Positions 25,553 through 38,964 of a stretch of 64,000 nucleotides of DNA are shown in pieces. The notes beneath the pieces are model-generated. The model was not told the origin of the DNA. It searched no databases and saw nothing but the letters and a program-made list of their open reading frames with translations. The DNA lies in NCBI RefSeq assembly GCF_009834535.1, contig NC_045696.1, positions 80,974,001 to 81,038,000 on the forward strand, in the 5' to 3' direction. Source of the stretch: Camelus ferus. Lineage: Eukaryota. The translations under genes and the position numbers were made by a program. Every line of letters starts with the position of its first letter. Position 1 is the stretch's first letter.

Positions 25553-26119
25553 CATAAAGGGCCTTGACATGTTAACTGTTCTTTCTCTCTTGACCTTGTT
25601 GTCCTTGGGCTCAGTTTCCTTTCTCCTCCCCAATCAAGCCTCCTTCCCCGGCTCTTGTAGATCCTGCTACTCCTTCCCTCTCTTACTACTAAGTCTGTTT
25701 TCATTCTCTCTGTCTATCTCTGTCCTATCACTGTTTAGCGTTTGATGATTCTCCAAAGTTTCTAGTCCTTGTGAAACATTCATGAGTTGCTTTTCCAGCT
25801 CTGTCACTAATTCACCACGTGCCCCTGGGCCACTGCTTCCACCTCTCAGCGGCTTCACTCCCTCCCTGTACACAGGACATGGGACTGAATGACCTCTAAG
25901 GCACCCATCTGTGACTGACAACTGTCCTGACAATTTGAATGCCTAACAGTCTTACAAGAAAGTCTTAATATGAGGGAGAGCCGCTGTAAAAAAAAACCAT
26001 TGAGTTTATTGGTTTACAGTGAGAAAGAAAAATGTTTATGTGGGTGTGAGAATATATGGAAATTCAATGCTGCGAAGGCAATTGGAGGTAAGATAAAATC
26101 TACAGGAAAATTAAGTGAG

Positions 26120-26610
26120 CTAAAAAGATTGCAGCATTATTTGTAATAATAAAAAATTATAAATAATATAAATAGCCAACAATTGGAGACTGAGATAAAA
26201 ATATGGTATATTTATATGATGAAATGCCACTGAGCTGTTAGTAATAATTATTATGAAGTTTTTAACAACATGGAAAATACTTAAATGCAGGTAATAAAAT
26301 TATCTATAGTTTATACTCATACTTAGTGAAAGAGGGTTTTTCTAGAACAAATTTTTAAATTAAATTATTTTGCCTTTTCTTACTTCAAAAGTTATACATG
26401 CTCATTTATAAATAATCTCAAAAACTCAGATAAACCAAAAGGAAAAAAATTATCTGTAATTTGACCACCAGAATTAGCCCCTGAGATATAGTTCCAGTCC
26501 TTTTTCATTCTAGTTTTAAGATAATAATAGGGTTATACTGTTTTTGTGACCTGCTTTTCCTTTCCTTGTCATTAAGTATTTATTTATTTTAGGTGCATAG
26601 TATTCCTTTG
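26120..26610. mobile_element. Ancient L1ME-like fragments (both orientations)
   Basis: AT-rich stretch with gcagcattatttgtaataata and aaagttatacatgctcattt motifs. Confidence 0.5.
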
Positions 26611-27679
26611 TATCTGTACTGGATCTAATTGGGGGAAAGTAAATAAACTTTTAAAAAATGAGAAGTGCCGATTCACAGCCAGGGACCTGGCGGACCTGAA
26701 TGATTGATGCTTCTCTTTATTGCTAATCAGTGGGCTCTCCATCAAGTGGCACATTGAGCAGTGTTGGGCTTGTTAGCTCCTTTTATGGAATCATCAAATG
26801 GCAAGTTGGGTGGAAATCATGGGAGTCATTTAGGGCAACCCTCACCCTTTCCCCTCCCTACAGCCCCACTAAATGGATAAGAAGGGTCCTAACCTTCCTA
26901 CCAACCTATGACCTGGTATGTTTGGTTTGATCAGCCCAGAGCAGGAGAACAGCTTGTGTGACCCTCCAATCCCCTCCAGTCTCCCTCCCCTCCTCCATCC
27001 CCACTGCCTCTGGTTGAAATGACAGGGCTGCCTGTTTCCCAAACCCTGTCTCCTAGGATGGGGGCGGGGAGCTCAGGGCCTTGTCTGTCACCAAGTTCCC
27101 ATGACACAAGCTCAGCCTCAGACACTCTTCCCTCTGTGAGTCACCGCCAAGTCTGCTTTCTACTTTCCTGTCAGGGGATGTTATGACATCAGATTTATCT
27201 GGTTAAAGGGAAAAAAAAAAAAATGCTTACCAGCTCATTTTTTTTTTTAACCATGGGCACTCTGAAAATCTTCTAAAGTTCACACAGTCTAGCCATTAGG
27301 ATTAAAGCCTCAAACGGCCCTCCCTGACACTGCCCTGGCCAAGGCCTGCCTGACCTGAATGCAATTCCAAAGAAGACAAAACTGCTCTGTTCCAGAAACT
27401 CCTCCCTCTGCATCTCTATCCCATTTCAGACCCCTTTTCTCAGTGCTCTCCCAGCAGGCAAAATGCCCCTGACAAATGAATTTTCCCATATCCTTTGGGG
27501 ATTCAACATGCTGGCATCTGTAAAGAGAGCTACAGTGGGGCTTAATCCAAAGACATGGCTGGGTAACTGTGGGACCTCAGGTTTGACCGAGAGGCACTGC
27601 TAAGGCTGTCACCACGGGCTATACTCACTTCACTCACACCTGAAGCACTGGAGTGGGGAGGAAACCAAAATTCATGGAG

Positions 27680-27850
27680 CCAAAGTGTGCCGGGCATGGT
27701 GCCAAGTGCTTTCTGTAGGATTCCACATCCATTCCTCACAGCACTGCGCACGGGGCACTGTTATCCCAATTTTAATGTAAAAGAACCAAGACTTCAAGAG
27801 TTTAGTCATTGGCACAAGGGGCAGGCTCAGGATTTGAACCCAGGGCTGTC
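27680..27850 (-). mobile_element. MIR SINE
   Basis: Contains tgtgccgggcatggtgccaagtgcttt...caggatttgaacccagg. Confidence 0.7.
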
Positions 27851-28163
27851 AATTCTACCGTTACATCATAAAGATGCCTCCCCACAAGATTAGAACCTGT
27901 ACACTTTCAAAAAGAAACAGAATGCCTGCGCCCTGAGTTAGTGTCCTTTGGTGCTCCAGCTTATAGGATCGTCCAAATGTCTTTGTGTACAGGAAACATC
28001 TCTAACTGAGCCCTGTGCTCCAGACATCTGGGACTCTGTAGGTTCAAAGGACAAGAAAAGTCTCCTAATTCACTTGTACTGACTCTGTTGCCCCACCTGC
28101 ATCCTTTGTCCCTTTGCAATTGCTTCCCCAGAGTCACAGAAGTGAGCCACAGAGGATCTGGAG

Positions 28164-28346
28164 CAGCAATTCTCAAAGTGTGGTCCTTGGACCAACAACA
28201 TCAGTGTCTCCTGGGAACTTGGTAGGAATGCAGTTTCGGGGACCCCACTCCAGACTTGAGTCAGAAATTCTGAGGGTGGGGCCCACAATCTGCATTTTCA
28301 CAAACCCTCCAGGTGATTCTGATGTGCTAAAGCTTGAGAACCACTG
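28164..28346 (+). mobile_element. MER5A (hAT-Charlie), full length
   Basis: The terminal inverted repeats are cagcaattctcaaa / ttgagaaccactg. The 8-bp TSD is atctggag (28156-28163) / acctggag (28347-28354). Confidence 0.92.
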
Positions 28347-28374
28347 ACCTGGAGAATGCGATTGGCATCTTTCT

Positions 28375-29272
28375 TGGCTCCACCCCCACATCCAGTCAGC
28401 TGCTGAGCTCCATGAATACTGCCTCTGCCTCCTAGTTTGTCTGGCTCAGGTCCCGTTAACGCCTGCCTGCACTGTGGCCGTGCCTCCCAGTAACCTCACC
28501 TCTCATCCCTCCCTGCCTTCTAGTCCGGGTCGCCCTCAGATACTGCATGATCTCTCTGCTCTGATGATGTCATGGGGCTTTTGGAATACAATCCAAATTC
28601 CTTAACTCGATATTCAAGAACCTCCAAAATACGCATTGGACTTTTATTTTTAATCTTATTTCCTACGTGTCCTTCCCTTTATGCGTCCTGTGCCCAAGTC
28701 GTGCAAAACTACTCACTGTTTGCAACAGACTCACACTTTCTCACCTCTGTGCCTTTGCTTCTGTTGCTCCCCCTGCCTGGTATTGCTTCCCACTCATCCC
28801 CACAAATCTGTTAAGGTCCAGCTCAAATGTCATCGCCTCCGTGAAGTCTTCCTTCATTCTTCCAACTTCCTTCCTCTTCTTTAAAAAAAAAAAACATTTG
28901 GAGTAATTCATTGAATTCCCTATAGAATTAAGTTACAAATTTGTCTTTTTGCATTTAAAAATTTTTTAACTGTAGTGTAATTGACCTACCACACTATGTT
29001 AGTTTCAAGTTCACAACATATTGAGCTGCTATTTCTACACATTACTTAAAATCTCCCTTCCTTTTCTTGAACTCATAGAATTAATCTTTACTTCTCTTAT
29101 GGCACTGATTAAATTATAATTTATGCCTCCTTGTGAACATGCTTTATCTCCCTACTAGGTAGTAAGGGGACAGAGTTCTGCCTTTTATAATCTTTGCATT
29201 TCCGATAGCACCCAATACAGTGGCAGAGCTTAATACATGGTTGTTGAGTGAATGAATAAGTGAGTGAATGAA
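28375..29272 (+). mobile_element. L2 3' fragment, interrupted by a short antisense L1 3' end (about 28961-29048)
   Basis: Contains cacctctgtgcctttgct...cagctcaaatgtcatcgcctccgtgaagtcttcc and the tail gttgagtgaatgaat. Confidence 0.75.
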
Positions 29273-32124
29273 CGTTGGATCCACAAAAACAAAATTGAAA
29301 GATTTTTCACCCCTTATTTATCTAAACATTCCTATCAAAGTCAATGATATTATTACTGCTGTTTTTCTAACAAAATAGTGTCCATTTTATCTCAGATTAT
29401 AACACAAAGTTTTCAAGGATAACAGTGTCAGTAGAAACAGATTGTTCCTATAATATCTGTGCTTTGAGTAGCAATATAGGAGAACGAAATTACAAGTCTT
29501 GTTGCTAACCTTCACCTTGAACAGCATAATGGTCAGCCAAGCCCTATCAGTTTCTTTTGCTAAGCAAAGTAAGAATAAAGCAGCAATGACTTTCAGGGAG
29601 ACAACTGCTGGAACCTTGGAAGTCCCCAGCTACAGTTGCTGGCCTGGCTTGATTCTGAAGTTGGGAAAGAGACTTTCTGCTCAGACAAAATGAGCTATGT
29701 AGATAGTGTGCTGCTCTGCTCCATCTTGACACCCTCGCTCACTGAAGACCTTCCTCCACATGGTCTGAACAAAGTGACCAAGGGCAATTTTTCAGGCCCT
29801 CTGTCACAGAGAACCAGCAACAGGGCATTAAGCACTGAACAAAAACCAGAGCAAAAAAGGTAATTCCAGGTCCCTGGGCATACCTTCCAGTGGGAGGGTC
29901 TGTGGCTGGAGAGAAGCAAAGTGTCTGGTGTTCTTCAAGGACAGGCATGATTTTGATGGGTCTTACGTTTTCCTGAAAATCCAAGTGTGAGAGACGCAGT
30001 CCCTCCTTTCGCCGGCTCTGGGCTTCTGGTTCTGTGTGATACTTGACTCGCATCTTCTCTCTGACTCAACAATGGCCATTTCTTGGAAAAGACTTCGTAA
30101 TCTAAATAAGAGATAGAGAGCAGTGGGCCCTGTCTCCTCAACCTCCACTTGGGCAGACCACTGTGAGGCAGCCTTCTGGCGGAGCCAAAAGGAACGTTGT
30201 AGAGGAATGAATATTTAATGGTGGGGAAAAACTATTTAATGGCCTTATATTAAGTAAAAAATACAGGTTACAAAGTAATGAACAAAAAACATACATACTC
30301 ACACATGAATATGTGTAAAAAGGATAGTAATTAAGTATTAACAGTAGTTATCGCTAGTAAGGGTGTGGGTTTTTCTTTTTTCTTTTTTTTTTTTTCTCCC
30401 CTGGTACATATCTTTATTTCCCAAATTTTCAACAATGAACAGATTTAGTTTTGGTAATAAGAAAAGACAAGTAAAAAGATTTTCAATTTTCTAAATAAAT
30501 AAGGTCTTGGGGGAAAGAAGTTTCCAGGAGAACCCCTGGATTAGCACCTGCAGGGTTGCAGGGACACAGCAGGGTGCTCAGATCTTAGCATGAGCGAGCT
30601 GCGGGTGAGCGCGGGCTGCTGGGACTTCGCAGAAGGCAAAACCCCTGAGGCAGGGAGACCTTGGCTCCATCCCATTCCAACCACAAGTGACACCAAAGGA
30701 GCCAGCCAGGCAGCAAGAAATCCTCAGGAGGCCGGCGGTAGGCTTTCTGCCTCACTCAGACTTGGCAACTGAAACCAGAGGGCGGGGGCAGCAGCCGCCC
30801 CACTCTGGGGAAGGGGAGGGGCATCTGAGGAGCGGACAAGAGGTCCCTTGCCTTCTCTCAGCCCTCTCCTTACTGTGTGGGATGTGTTTGGTACAGATTT
30901 CAGCAAGCTCTTAAGCATCAATGCCCTTAAAGCACTGTGTCCATCCACGAAACAGCCAGTTTTCAGACAAATGGCTTGTTTCCCAAAGCCTGAATAAATT
31001 AAGTGCTAGCATTTTGAAACATGCCATTTACCTGGGTTGTTTGGGGAAGTTCGCATAATTGTGCTTACTGTTCCTTTTGCTTCCTTTCCTGCCTCCTGCC
31101 TCCACCCTAAACTGCTGAGGGGATCAACCAAGCAGTTGTTGTCCATACAGTGGTTGTTGTACAGTTGTCTGTGACTACTCTGTGGAAAGGCAGTCATCAG
31201 TGCATCAGTCATCAAATGTGCATCAGTAGTTCTGGTACACATTTTAATCAGGGGCCAAGAGCCCTGAACACATCGCACCCTGTAGAACTGCCATGTGTGG
31301 CAGCATCAAGAGTCTCCACGCCCTGAATCTGGGACTGGCCAGGCTGGATTAGAGCCAGACCCGTCACCCTGAGCCCTGCTGCTCCTCCCTCTTGTCCAAT
31401 TCCTCATCTCCTCCACCTTGCGGTCTCTCCACCATGCAGATGGATATAACAGGGGAGACAGATTCTCTTACTGAAGCTCATGTTTTCTAGATGGTGCTAT
31501 GCAATCTGTTTAAAGCTCAAGGCTGAATACATGGTCATTTAGCATAAACTTTTTATCCTATTTTTCACACTAAAAACACTGATTAGCTCCTCCTTCCCTT
31601 CTGTGTTCTCCCCCTTCCCCATAAAGACCACTTGTTTATAGTCCCAGGGCAAAAATCCTTGGGATGTGGGGGTATTTTAGGACTGCTCCCAAGACTGCTT
31701 TAAAAATCTAGCGTTTCTAAGTCAAATCGCAGAAGATCGTTAGGAAATAATAATAGGAATGGAAAATAGAGTTATTCTCCCAAGTATTGTTATTAATGGT
31801 GAATCTGAACAGACCGCTAGCAGTCCTAGCTAAGATGTATGTGCATAAGAATTTGAGACTTTGGTTCCATAGCTTAAGTCCAATAAAACTATACCCTGTG
31901 GCATTTTTCAGGAAGTATTGAATCTCCTCTTTTGATGGCTAAAACTCAGTGGTTCTGGACAAATGTTCCCATCTCTCCTAAACCATTGAAAATCTTATTA
32001 CAAATAAATTAAATGACATAAGCCTTCTATCTTTCCTGGGAGAGATTTCATAATGTCCTGAAAAGGAAAATATGACTTTAAGATATGAGACTAGTGTGAT
32101 CTCAGCTACATTTAAAAAGATATT

Positions 32125-33297
32125 TCTAAAAGCTTCTGCACAGCAAAGGAAACCATCAACAGAATGAAAAGGCAACCTATCAAATGGAAGAAAATATTTT
32201 CAAATCACATATCTGATAAGGGGTTAATATCCAAAATATATAAAGAACTCATAAATTGCAAAAAACAAAAAACAATCTGATTTTAAAATGAGCAGAAGAT
32301 CTGAGTAGACACTGTTCCTAAGAAGACATACAGATGGCCAGCAGGTACATGAAAAGATGCTCAGCATCTCTAATCATCAAGAAAATGCAAATCAAAACCA
32401 CAATGAACTATCACCTCACACCTGTCAGAATGGCAAATTATCAAAAGACAAGAGATACCAAATGTTGGGGAAGATGCAGAGAAGAGGGAACCTTGTGCAC
32501 TGTTGGCTGCAATGTAAACTGGTGCAGCCACTGTGGAAAATGGTATAGGGGTTCCTCAAAAAATTAAAAATAAAGCTACCATGTGACCCAGCAATTCCAC
32601 TTCTGGGTATTTATCCAAAGAAAATGCAAATACTAATTTGAAAAGGTATATGCACTCAAATGTTTGTTGCAGCATAATTTCAATAGCCAACATCTGGCTG
32701 TCCCTTGATGATGAATGGATAAAGAAGATGTGGTATATATACACAAGGAATACCATTAAACCATGAAAAGAGAATGAAATCTTGCCATATGCAACAACAT
32801 GGATGGACTTGGAGGGCATTATGCTAAGTCAAAGAGTCAGACAAGAGAAAAACAAATACTGTATGATCTTACTTGTATGTGAAATCTAAAAAAAGAGAAA
32901 GAAAAAAGAAAAACCCACCACCATCACTGCCACCAACAAAGAACCAAACTCACAGATACAGAAAACAGATTGGTGGTTGCCAGAGGTGGGGAGTGGGCAA
33001 AGTGGGTGAAGGGCATCAAAAGGTACAAACTTCCAGTTATAAAATAAATAAGTCACAGGGACGTCATACAGCATGGTGACTACAGTTAACAATACTATGT
33101 TGTGTATTTGAAAGTTGCTAAGAGAGTAGATCTTCAAAGTCCTCATCACAAGAAAAAAACTTTGTAACCATATATGATGGTGAATGTTAACTAGAGTTAT
33201 TGTGGTGGTCATTTTGCAATATGTACAATTATTGAATCATTATGTTGTACACCTGAAACTAATATAATGTTATATGCCAATTATACCTCAATTTAAG
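32125..33297 (+). mobile_element. 5'-truncated L1 (ORF2 C-terminus plus 3' UTR, L1MA9/laurasiatherian-type)
   Basis: The [37 protein letters not shown]...[17 protein letters not shown] matches the L1 ORF2 C-terminal cysteine-rich region, followed by the 3' UTR. Confidence 0.93.
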
Positions 33298-35302
33298 AAA
33301 AGATTACTATGCACAGAAAAAAGCCTCCAGAAAAATGTGCTGAAATGTAATCTTTGGGTCATGATGTTATGGGGGATTATTTACTCCTTCTGTTTTCAAC
33401 AGTGTGTGTTTTGTGCACTTGACTTTTATGATCAGGAAGAAAATGAACCATTTAAGAAAGGAAAGTTGAATGCTAACCAAAACTATTACACGGCTCATGG
33501 AATCAGTTTCTTGATTTTAAACTGCACTTGGGTCCTTTTTGACTCTTGTCTCACCAATCTGTTTGGCCAACAGATCTTTTAAGATACAAAACTGCCTGGG
33601 TGGCATTTAAGAAAAACATGTTTTTTCAGCTACAAAAGAAAATTCCAAGTTGTTGGGGGGAGGGGCAAGCTTATAAAAAGAAAGCTTTGGAGAAGGAAGC
33701 TGTTTTGCCCACCCTTCATGCATTCCATCCCATGACCAACACCGTGTTAATGACAGAACTCCTGTGTGCGGACATGTGTTGGGAAGTTTCTACAATATAG
33801 GGTTGCATTGTACAGAGAGCCTGTGTCCCGGAGGCCCACGGCAGCTGTGTACCCTTGGGTCAACACAAATTCCCCTGCAGAAAGGGAAAGCTCAGTGAAA
33901 TCCACTCCATTAGGAAAGCGCTCAGCAAGAGCTCGAGCTACTGAAAGGGCCAAGAAATTGGGGGATCTACAGAGGATAGTCCTGGAAAAGAACGGACTGC
34001 CTTTAAGACTCCTCTCTTAACTTAAGTTTTGGGGGAAAACTCTCCCGTAGCATTTACCTTCTCTTTCCCACCCCATTTTTCCCCATCATCACTTCAAACC
34101 TTGCTCCTGACAAGAAATTCTTACCCTGTGGATGACTTCGCTTCACTGGCCTCTAAGAGTTGAGACAGAATCAGAAAATAAATCAGGGACCTCAGCTGTG
34201 TGCCATCACTTGCTGTGTGTACAAGAGATAGATAAGGCTAATTCTGTGACTGCCCTGGGGACGGTGGCTGTCAGGGGTTCACAGGAAGACCTAGCTTACA
34301 TCATCAGCTCACAGATGGAAGAGTCTGGAAAAGCACCCCAAATCTTCAGAGCTCAGTAACTCTCCTATCAGAATGCTGAGGCTTAGCATCCTGGTAGGAC
34401 CTAGCCTCTCTGGGTACCAGGGTTGGAAGCAGCATCAGAGGTCATCACATGCAGGGATTGCCACCGAGGCCAGGAAAGTGACAGAAATGAGTGAGGAAGA
34501 CTGGGTGTCAGGTAATAGGGAATGGTGGGGCTGAGGCAAACTGGAAATACATGCATTTAAAAAAATACTATGTAGGCCAAAGTAAACAGGGCTACCAGCC
34601 AACATTGTCATACAGGCTGCTCATTTGTAACATGTGGCTCCAAACTAGTCCAAACTAATTTTGTGGATGAAGACATAAAGGCTCAGAGAGGTGAAGTGAC
34701 TCACTCCAGGTCACACAGCCAAGCAGAGGCAGAGCCAGTACCGGCAGCCCCATCCCTGGGCTCTGTGCCAGGGTTCCCCCACCCCATCAGACCACCTCTT
34801 CACCTGCACCCTTGGGTGGAGTTGGGTCACTGTATACCTCTCTCCTCTTAGGAAAGCTGACATCAGGCGTTTTAGTGAGACCAGGGAACTTTTTTCTGCA
34901 ACTCCACGTGGGTTCTGCTTTACCCAATAGGTCACGCCAGCTACAGATGCCACCACCGATTAAGGCCTTTCCCACACCCTAAATTTCTTCCTTTGACAGC
35001 ACATCAAGAGTTTCCTTCTGTTGGGTTCCCCTCTGGGTACAATTTGGGAACCGGCTGCTCCTCATTCCAAGATTTCAGACAACAAAAAAGATGGTCTGGG
35101 TCTAAAATTGCTGAGTAAGTTATTCTGAGCATCGATGCAAGTTTTGCTGAAAGTTGACTTTAAATTTGTCCCTAAGATGTTGGAGAAATTAATTACTAGT
35201 TGTAAAGCACTTTGAAAATTAGGGATGAAAGGATCCACAGAACTACAAAATATTATAATTAATGAATACCTATCAATAAACTGTGATTAAGAATAATGGG
35301 CA

Positions 35303-35442
35303 GGGGGGAGGGTAGAACTCAAGTGGTAGAGCGCATGCCTAACGTGCATGGGGTTCTGGGTTCAATCCCCAGTACCTCCTCTAGGAATAAACAAATAAAT
35401 AAACCTAACTGCCTCCCCTCATCAAAAAAAAAAAAAAAAAAG
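35303..35442 (+). mobile_element. Vic-1-type camelid SINE
   Basis: Contains ggggagggtagaactcaagtggtagagcgcatgcctaacgtgcatggggttctgggttcaatccccagtacc plus a poly(A) tail. The TSD is agaataatgggca (35290-35302) / agaagaatgggca (35443-35455). Confidence 0.9.
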
Positions 35443-36289
35443 AGAAGAATGGGCATTCTTCACAGGTTATCAAGCTGAGGCATCTTTCACAAGAATACTT
35501 TTAGTATCATCTGTTTTGCCAGAAATATTCTCTTGGTAATTTGCTCACGGGAGTTGTGTCCAATGCAAAAAAGTACATTTTGTGCTTTTAAGAGGAAATC
35601 ATTGATATTTTATATGCCATGAGTTAGTAACAATGGAGACTACCTTTAATTTCCATTTATAATTTCTTCTCTTGAAAAACGTTTTCAAATTTCCTCAAGC
35701 TTGGTTTCAAGGAGACTCTTGTCAGATAATATAGATGTTTAGGTTTCCTCCCTCACTGCTCCTCCATCTAAGAACTCAATACCCTTCTAGCCTCCCCACT
35801 AGCAGAAGACTCTTCTGATGTATAAATATCTAACACCATGCAGAGCTCAGAGTCTGCACATAGTAAATGCTCAATAGACATTTGATGAGTGAGTGAGTGA
35901 GTGAATGAGTGACGGGCCATGGTTGCCTGAGACCAGCTGGGGAGCACAGGTGATGTCAGCCCCTGAGTTGGGAGGCCACATTAGTTCTTTGGGTAAATGG
36001 ACAGAATGTCCTCCAGTAACGGGAGCTGGCTGGAATTCTTGACTTCTGAGGCATGGTTTCAGTTTCTAGTCCATGGCTCAAGCCCGTTTAGTGACTGGTA
36101 GTGGTCTCACTGCTCAGTGGTGATGAAGATTGGCTTCATGACTTCACTTCATTTGCCTGTGGACCATGTATAAAAATCCCAAAGTTACTGAGTCTAAGAA
36201 CGGACCAAAGTAACTGCAGTGATTTATCTGAGACTCACAAATCATGTAGGTACTGTTTTGAAACAGACATACTTAGGTTCAAATCCTAG

Positions 36290-36540
36290 CCAATAATAAT
36301 GGTAAATTTTAAGGATCCCTTACATTTATACCTAGCACTGTGCTAAGCACTTTTCACATATTATCTTACTTAATCCTCATGCTTACCTTAATGAGGGAGG
36401 TACCATAAACATGACCATATTTAAGCTGGGAAATAAGAGGCAGAGAAGAAAAGTAATTAATCCCAAACAACACTGATAATAGCAGAGCTGGGATTTGGAA
36501 CTCCAATGTATTTGGTTCTAAGGTATGACCTCTTAATCCC
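36290..36540 (-). mobile_element. MIR SINE
   Basis: Contains agcactgtgctaagcactttt...taatcctca...gcagagctgggatttgga. Confidence 0.7.
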
Positions 36541-36666
36541 TATAATATATTGCCTCTCATCAATCACAGCCTTGCCACTTATTATCTCTGTAGCCAAATG
36601 AGTCCCTTGACCTCTCTGAGACTCAGCTGTCTCATCTTTAAAACAAAGACCATCACATCCACTTTG

Positions 36667-37160
36667 CAGAGTGTGCACCTGAGCATCAGCCTCTTCTGTG
36701 TTCCCCTCTCTGACTCTAACCATAAGGTTCAAAGGGAGCAGTTCTTTTCTCACAGTGCCCACGCCTGACCCTACTGATTGGCAAAAGGGTGGCCCCCAAA
36801 AGCTCAGTCAAAGTAGCCTATCTCCTTGGCCGTAGTCGTTTGGTCTTGGGGTGGACACCTGACCTAGTCAGGTGAGTCGAGCCCCTCTCTGGGTTGTTTT
36901 TCACTTGACACCAGACAAGGTGAGCTTCAGCCCCTTGGTAGTGATAAAGCAGAGAGCTGGGAGCCGGGCTGCACCTCCTTGCAATAGGAGAAAGGCTGTC
37001 AGAGAAGATGAATCCAGTGTAGAGACTGAAACAGAAAAAATGGTTGGAGAAAAAGTCCAGGTCGAAACACCACCAAGTCCTAGCAGTTCCTCTGTCATTT
37101 CCCCAGTGTATTTATAGAATGAATAAGTTCCCATTTATGCCTAAACTAATATGAATTAAG
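36667..37160 (+). mobile_element. MaLR LTR (MLT1-type)
   Basis: Contains ggacacctgacctag...gaagatgaatccagtgtagag...aataagttcccattt...ttttcagttactggcacca. Confidence 0.6.
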
Positions 37161-38029
37161 TTTTCAGTTACTGGCACCAAAAAAAACCAAACAAAAGGGA
37201 TCCTGTCAAGCACAACACTGCAATGGGCCCATGTAAGCCTATACGAGCATGTGTATGGAAACCCGCTTATAAAGGGTCCTGATTTTAGATATACTGGCAG
37301 TGGATTTAAGGGGGAGCTTGAGCAAGTTACATCAATAGTGGGAATGGCATCCCCTGGAGTGTACAGTACATGATCTTTGCACCCCAGTGCATAGGTATGA
37401 TCATCGCATCACCCAAAACTTGATACCTGGCCCATCTCCTCCCAGTGCAAACTTACTGCCCATCACAGGTCTTTGGAAACTTGGCTTTTACCAATAGTTC
37501 TATTTTGCCAGAGTTAGTGCCAAATATCACAGAGGAAATTAAATACATGCAAAATGCTTTTTTTTTTTTAAAAAAAAAGCAGGCAACAATGATTTAATTT
37601 AGGACGTCTCAAGATCACAAGAGTCAATGCCTTTTTAGGATCTAAATTCCTTAAAGATAGTATCAGAATACCTTTTAATGTCTAGCTCATCAGTGCCTGG
37701 AACTTGAACATGCAAAAAAGAATGAGACATCTTCAAGTGTCAAGCAAATTTCAGAAGTAGTTCTTTTCATCCCAGTCACTTGGCATGTTCTTTGCGGTAA
37801 CTGTTGCCTGCTGGAGACAGGAAACATGTATTTTAAAAAAACTTTATGGATGGGAAATTAGACCCAAAGAAACTCCTCTGCAGTCACAGAAATAGAATTA
37901 GTGGCATAGTCCGTGCTGTTACATTACGGTTATTAGTACAGTAATGTCGGTTACATACATATACACACACATATAGTTATCTTTTGCTTTCTGAACTATC
38001 ACTATATGAACTCAAGAACCAAATAGATA

Positions 38030-38692
38030 TATGTACGAATTCCCTCCTACCCTAATAATTCCTCCTTTACTCTCCAAATCCATTTTCCACCCCCCAGTGC
38101 CTACTCTATGCCTAAGGGCTGCAGCACCTGGGAGCCCTTACCCTCCCGCTCCTAGTTGGGCACGGTCAGTGGGAGATCCATGGGGAACGTGGTGCGGGTA
38201 TTTATTTCCTTCCTCCCCTGTGGTGGGCACTATTGGTGCTATGTCAGGATGCCTGTTTCTGTGTGTCCATTTCCACTTCTGTGTCTTTTGCTTCTGTTGG
38301 CTGACAGCTCTAACTTTCTTCAGAAAACTACCTTTGGGCCAGCAGAGCTAAGTCATCCTGGGTAAGTAGAAAGCTGGGAGTGTCTAGGAGTTCGTGTCCC
38401 CAGGATATTAGTCAATGGCTAGTGAAAGAGGATGAAAGTCCCGTTCTCTTGCTAGAGGTGGGACAAACCCTGGGTGTGACAACTCTGGGGTATGATCTTA
38501 CTCTAGAAAAATGTGTGGAGTTAGGTTAGGGCTGGGACTCTGCTTGAATCTGCACTCTTGCAAAGCTTTCTCCCCTTCCCTGTCCTGGTTCCTTTATTCT
38601 CTTACAAGTGTCTCCAGAGAGCACTTCCCCAATAATGCAGTTACACATGAGTTCTTGCCTCAAAGTCTGCTTCTAGAGCCTCTCACTAAGAC
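38030..38692 (+). mobile_element. ERVL LTR (LTR33-like)
   Basis: The 3' end ccttccctgtcctgg...gagcacttccccaataatgcagttacacatgag...tctgcttctagag...ctaagac resembles LTR33. Confidence 0.65.
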
Positions 38693-38964
38693 CTCCTCTG
38701 CTGTCCATTCCTCCAGAACCTGGTCACAACCTCAGCAGGGGCCGAGCCACAGATCCTGTTGTGTGGCCCCTCTTCCAGGACTCTAACTGTCATGGAGACC
38801 CTGGGAACACCATTTCTTATCCTTGTCCTTTTAGGTCTAGGGATATTAACCCATTGGTGATAGTGCTTGAGTTCTTCTTTCTTTTCTCCTCTTCCATTAA
38901 ATCCTTTAAACCTACCATCTATTTCTGATTGGGATTCTGACTGAGAATTCTGTCTCCTCCCCAA

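Noticed and set aside
32334..32567. L1 ORF2-like ORFs as functional genes (also 17853-18128 and 57580-57762)
   Set aside because: They are short, frameshifted pieces of 5'-truncated L1 copies.
35303..35375. tRNA gene
   Set aside because: The tRNA-like head is followed by a SINE tail, poly(A) and TSDs, so it is a SINE. The same applies at 492 and 58045.
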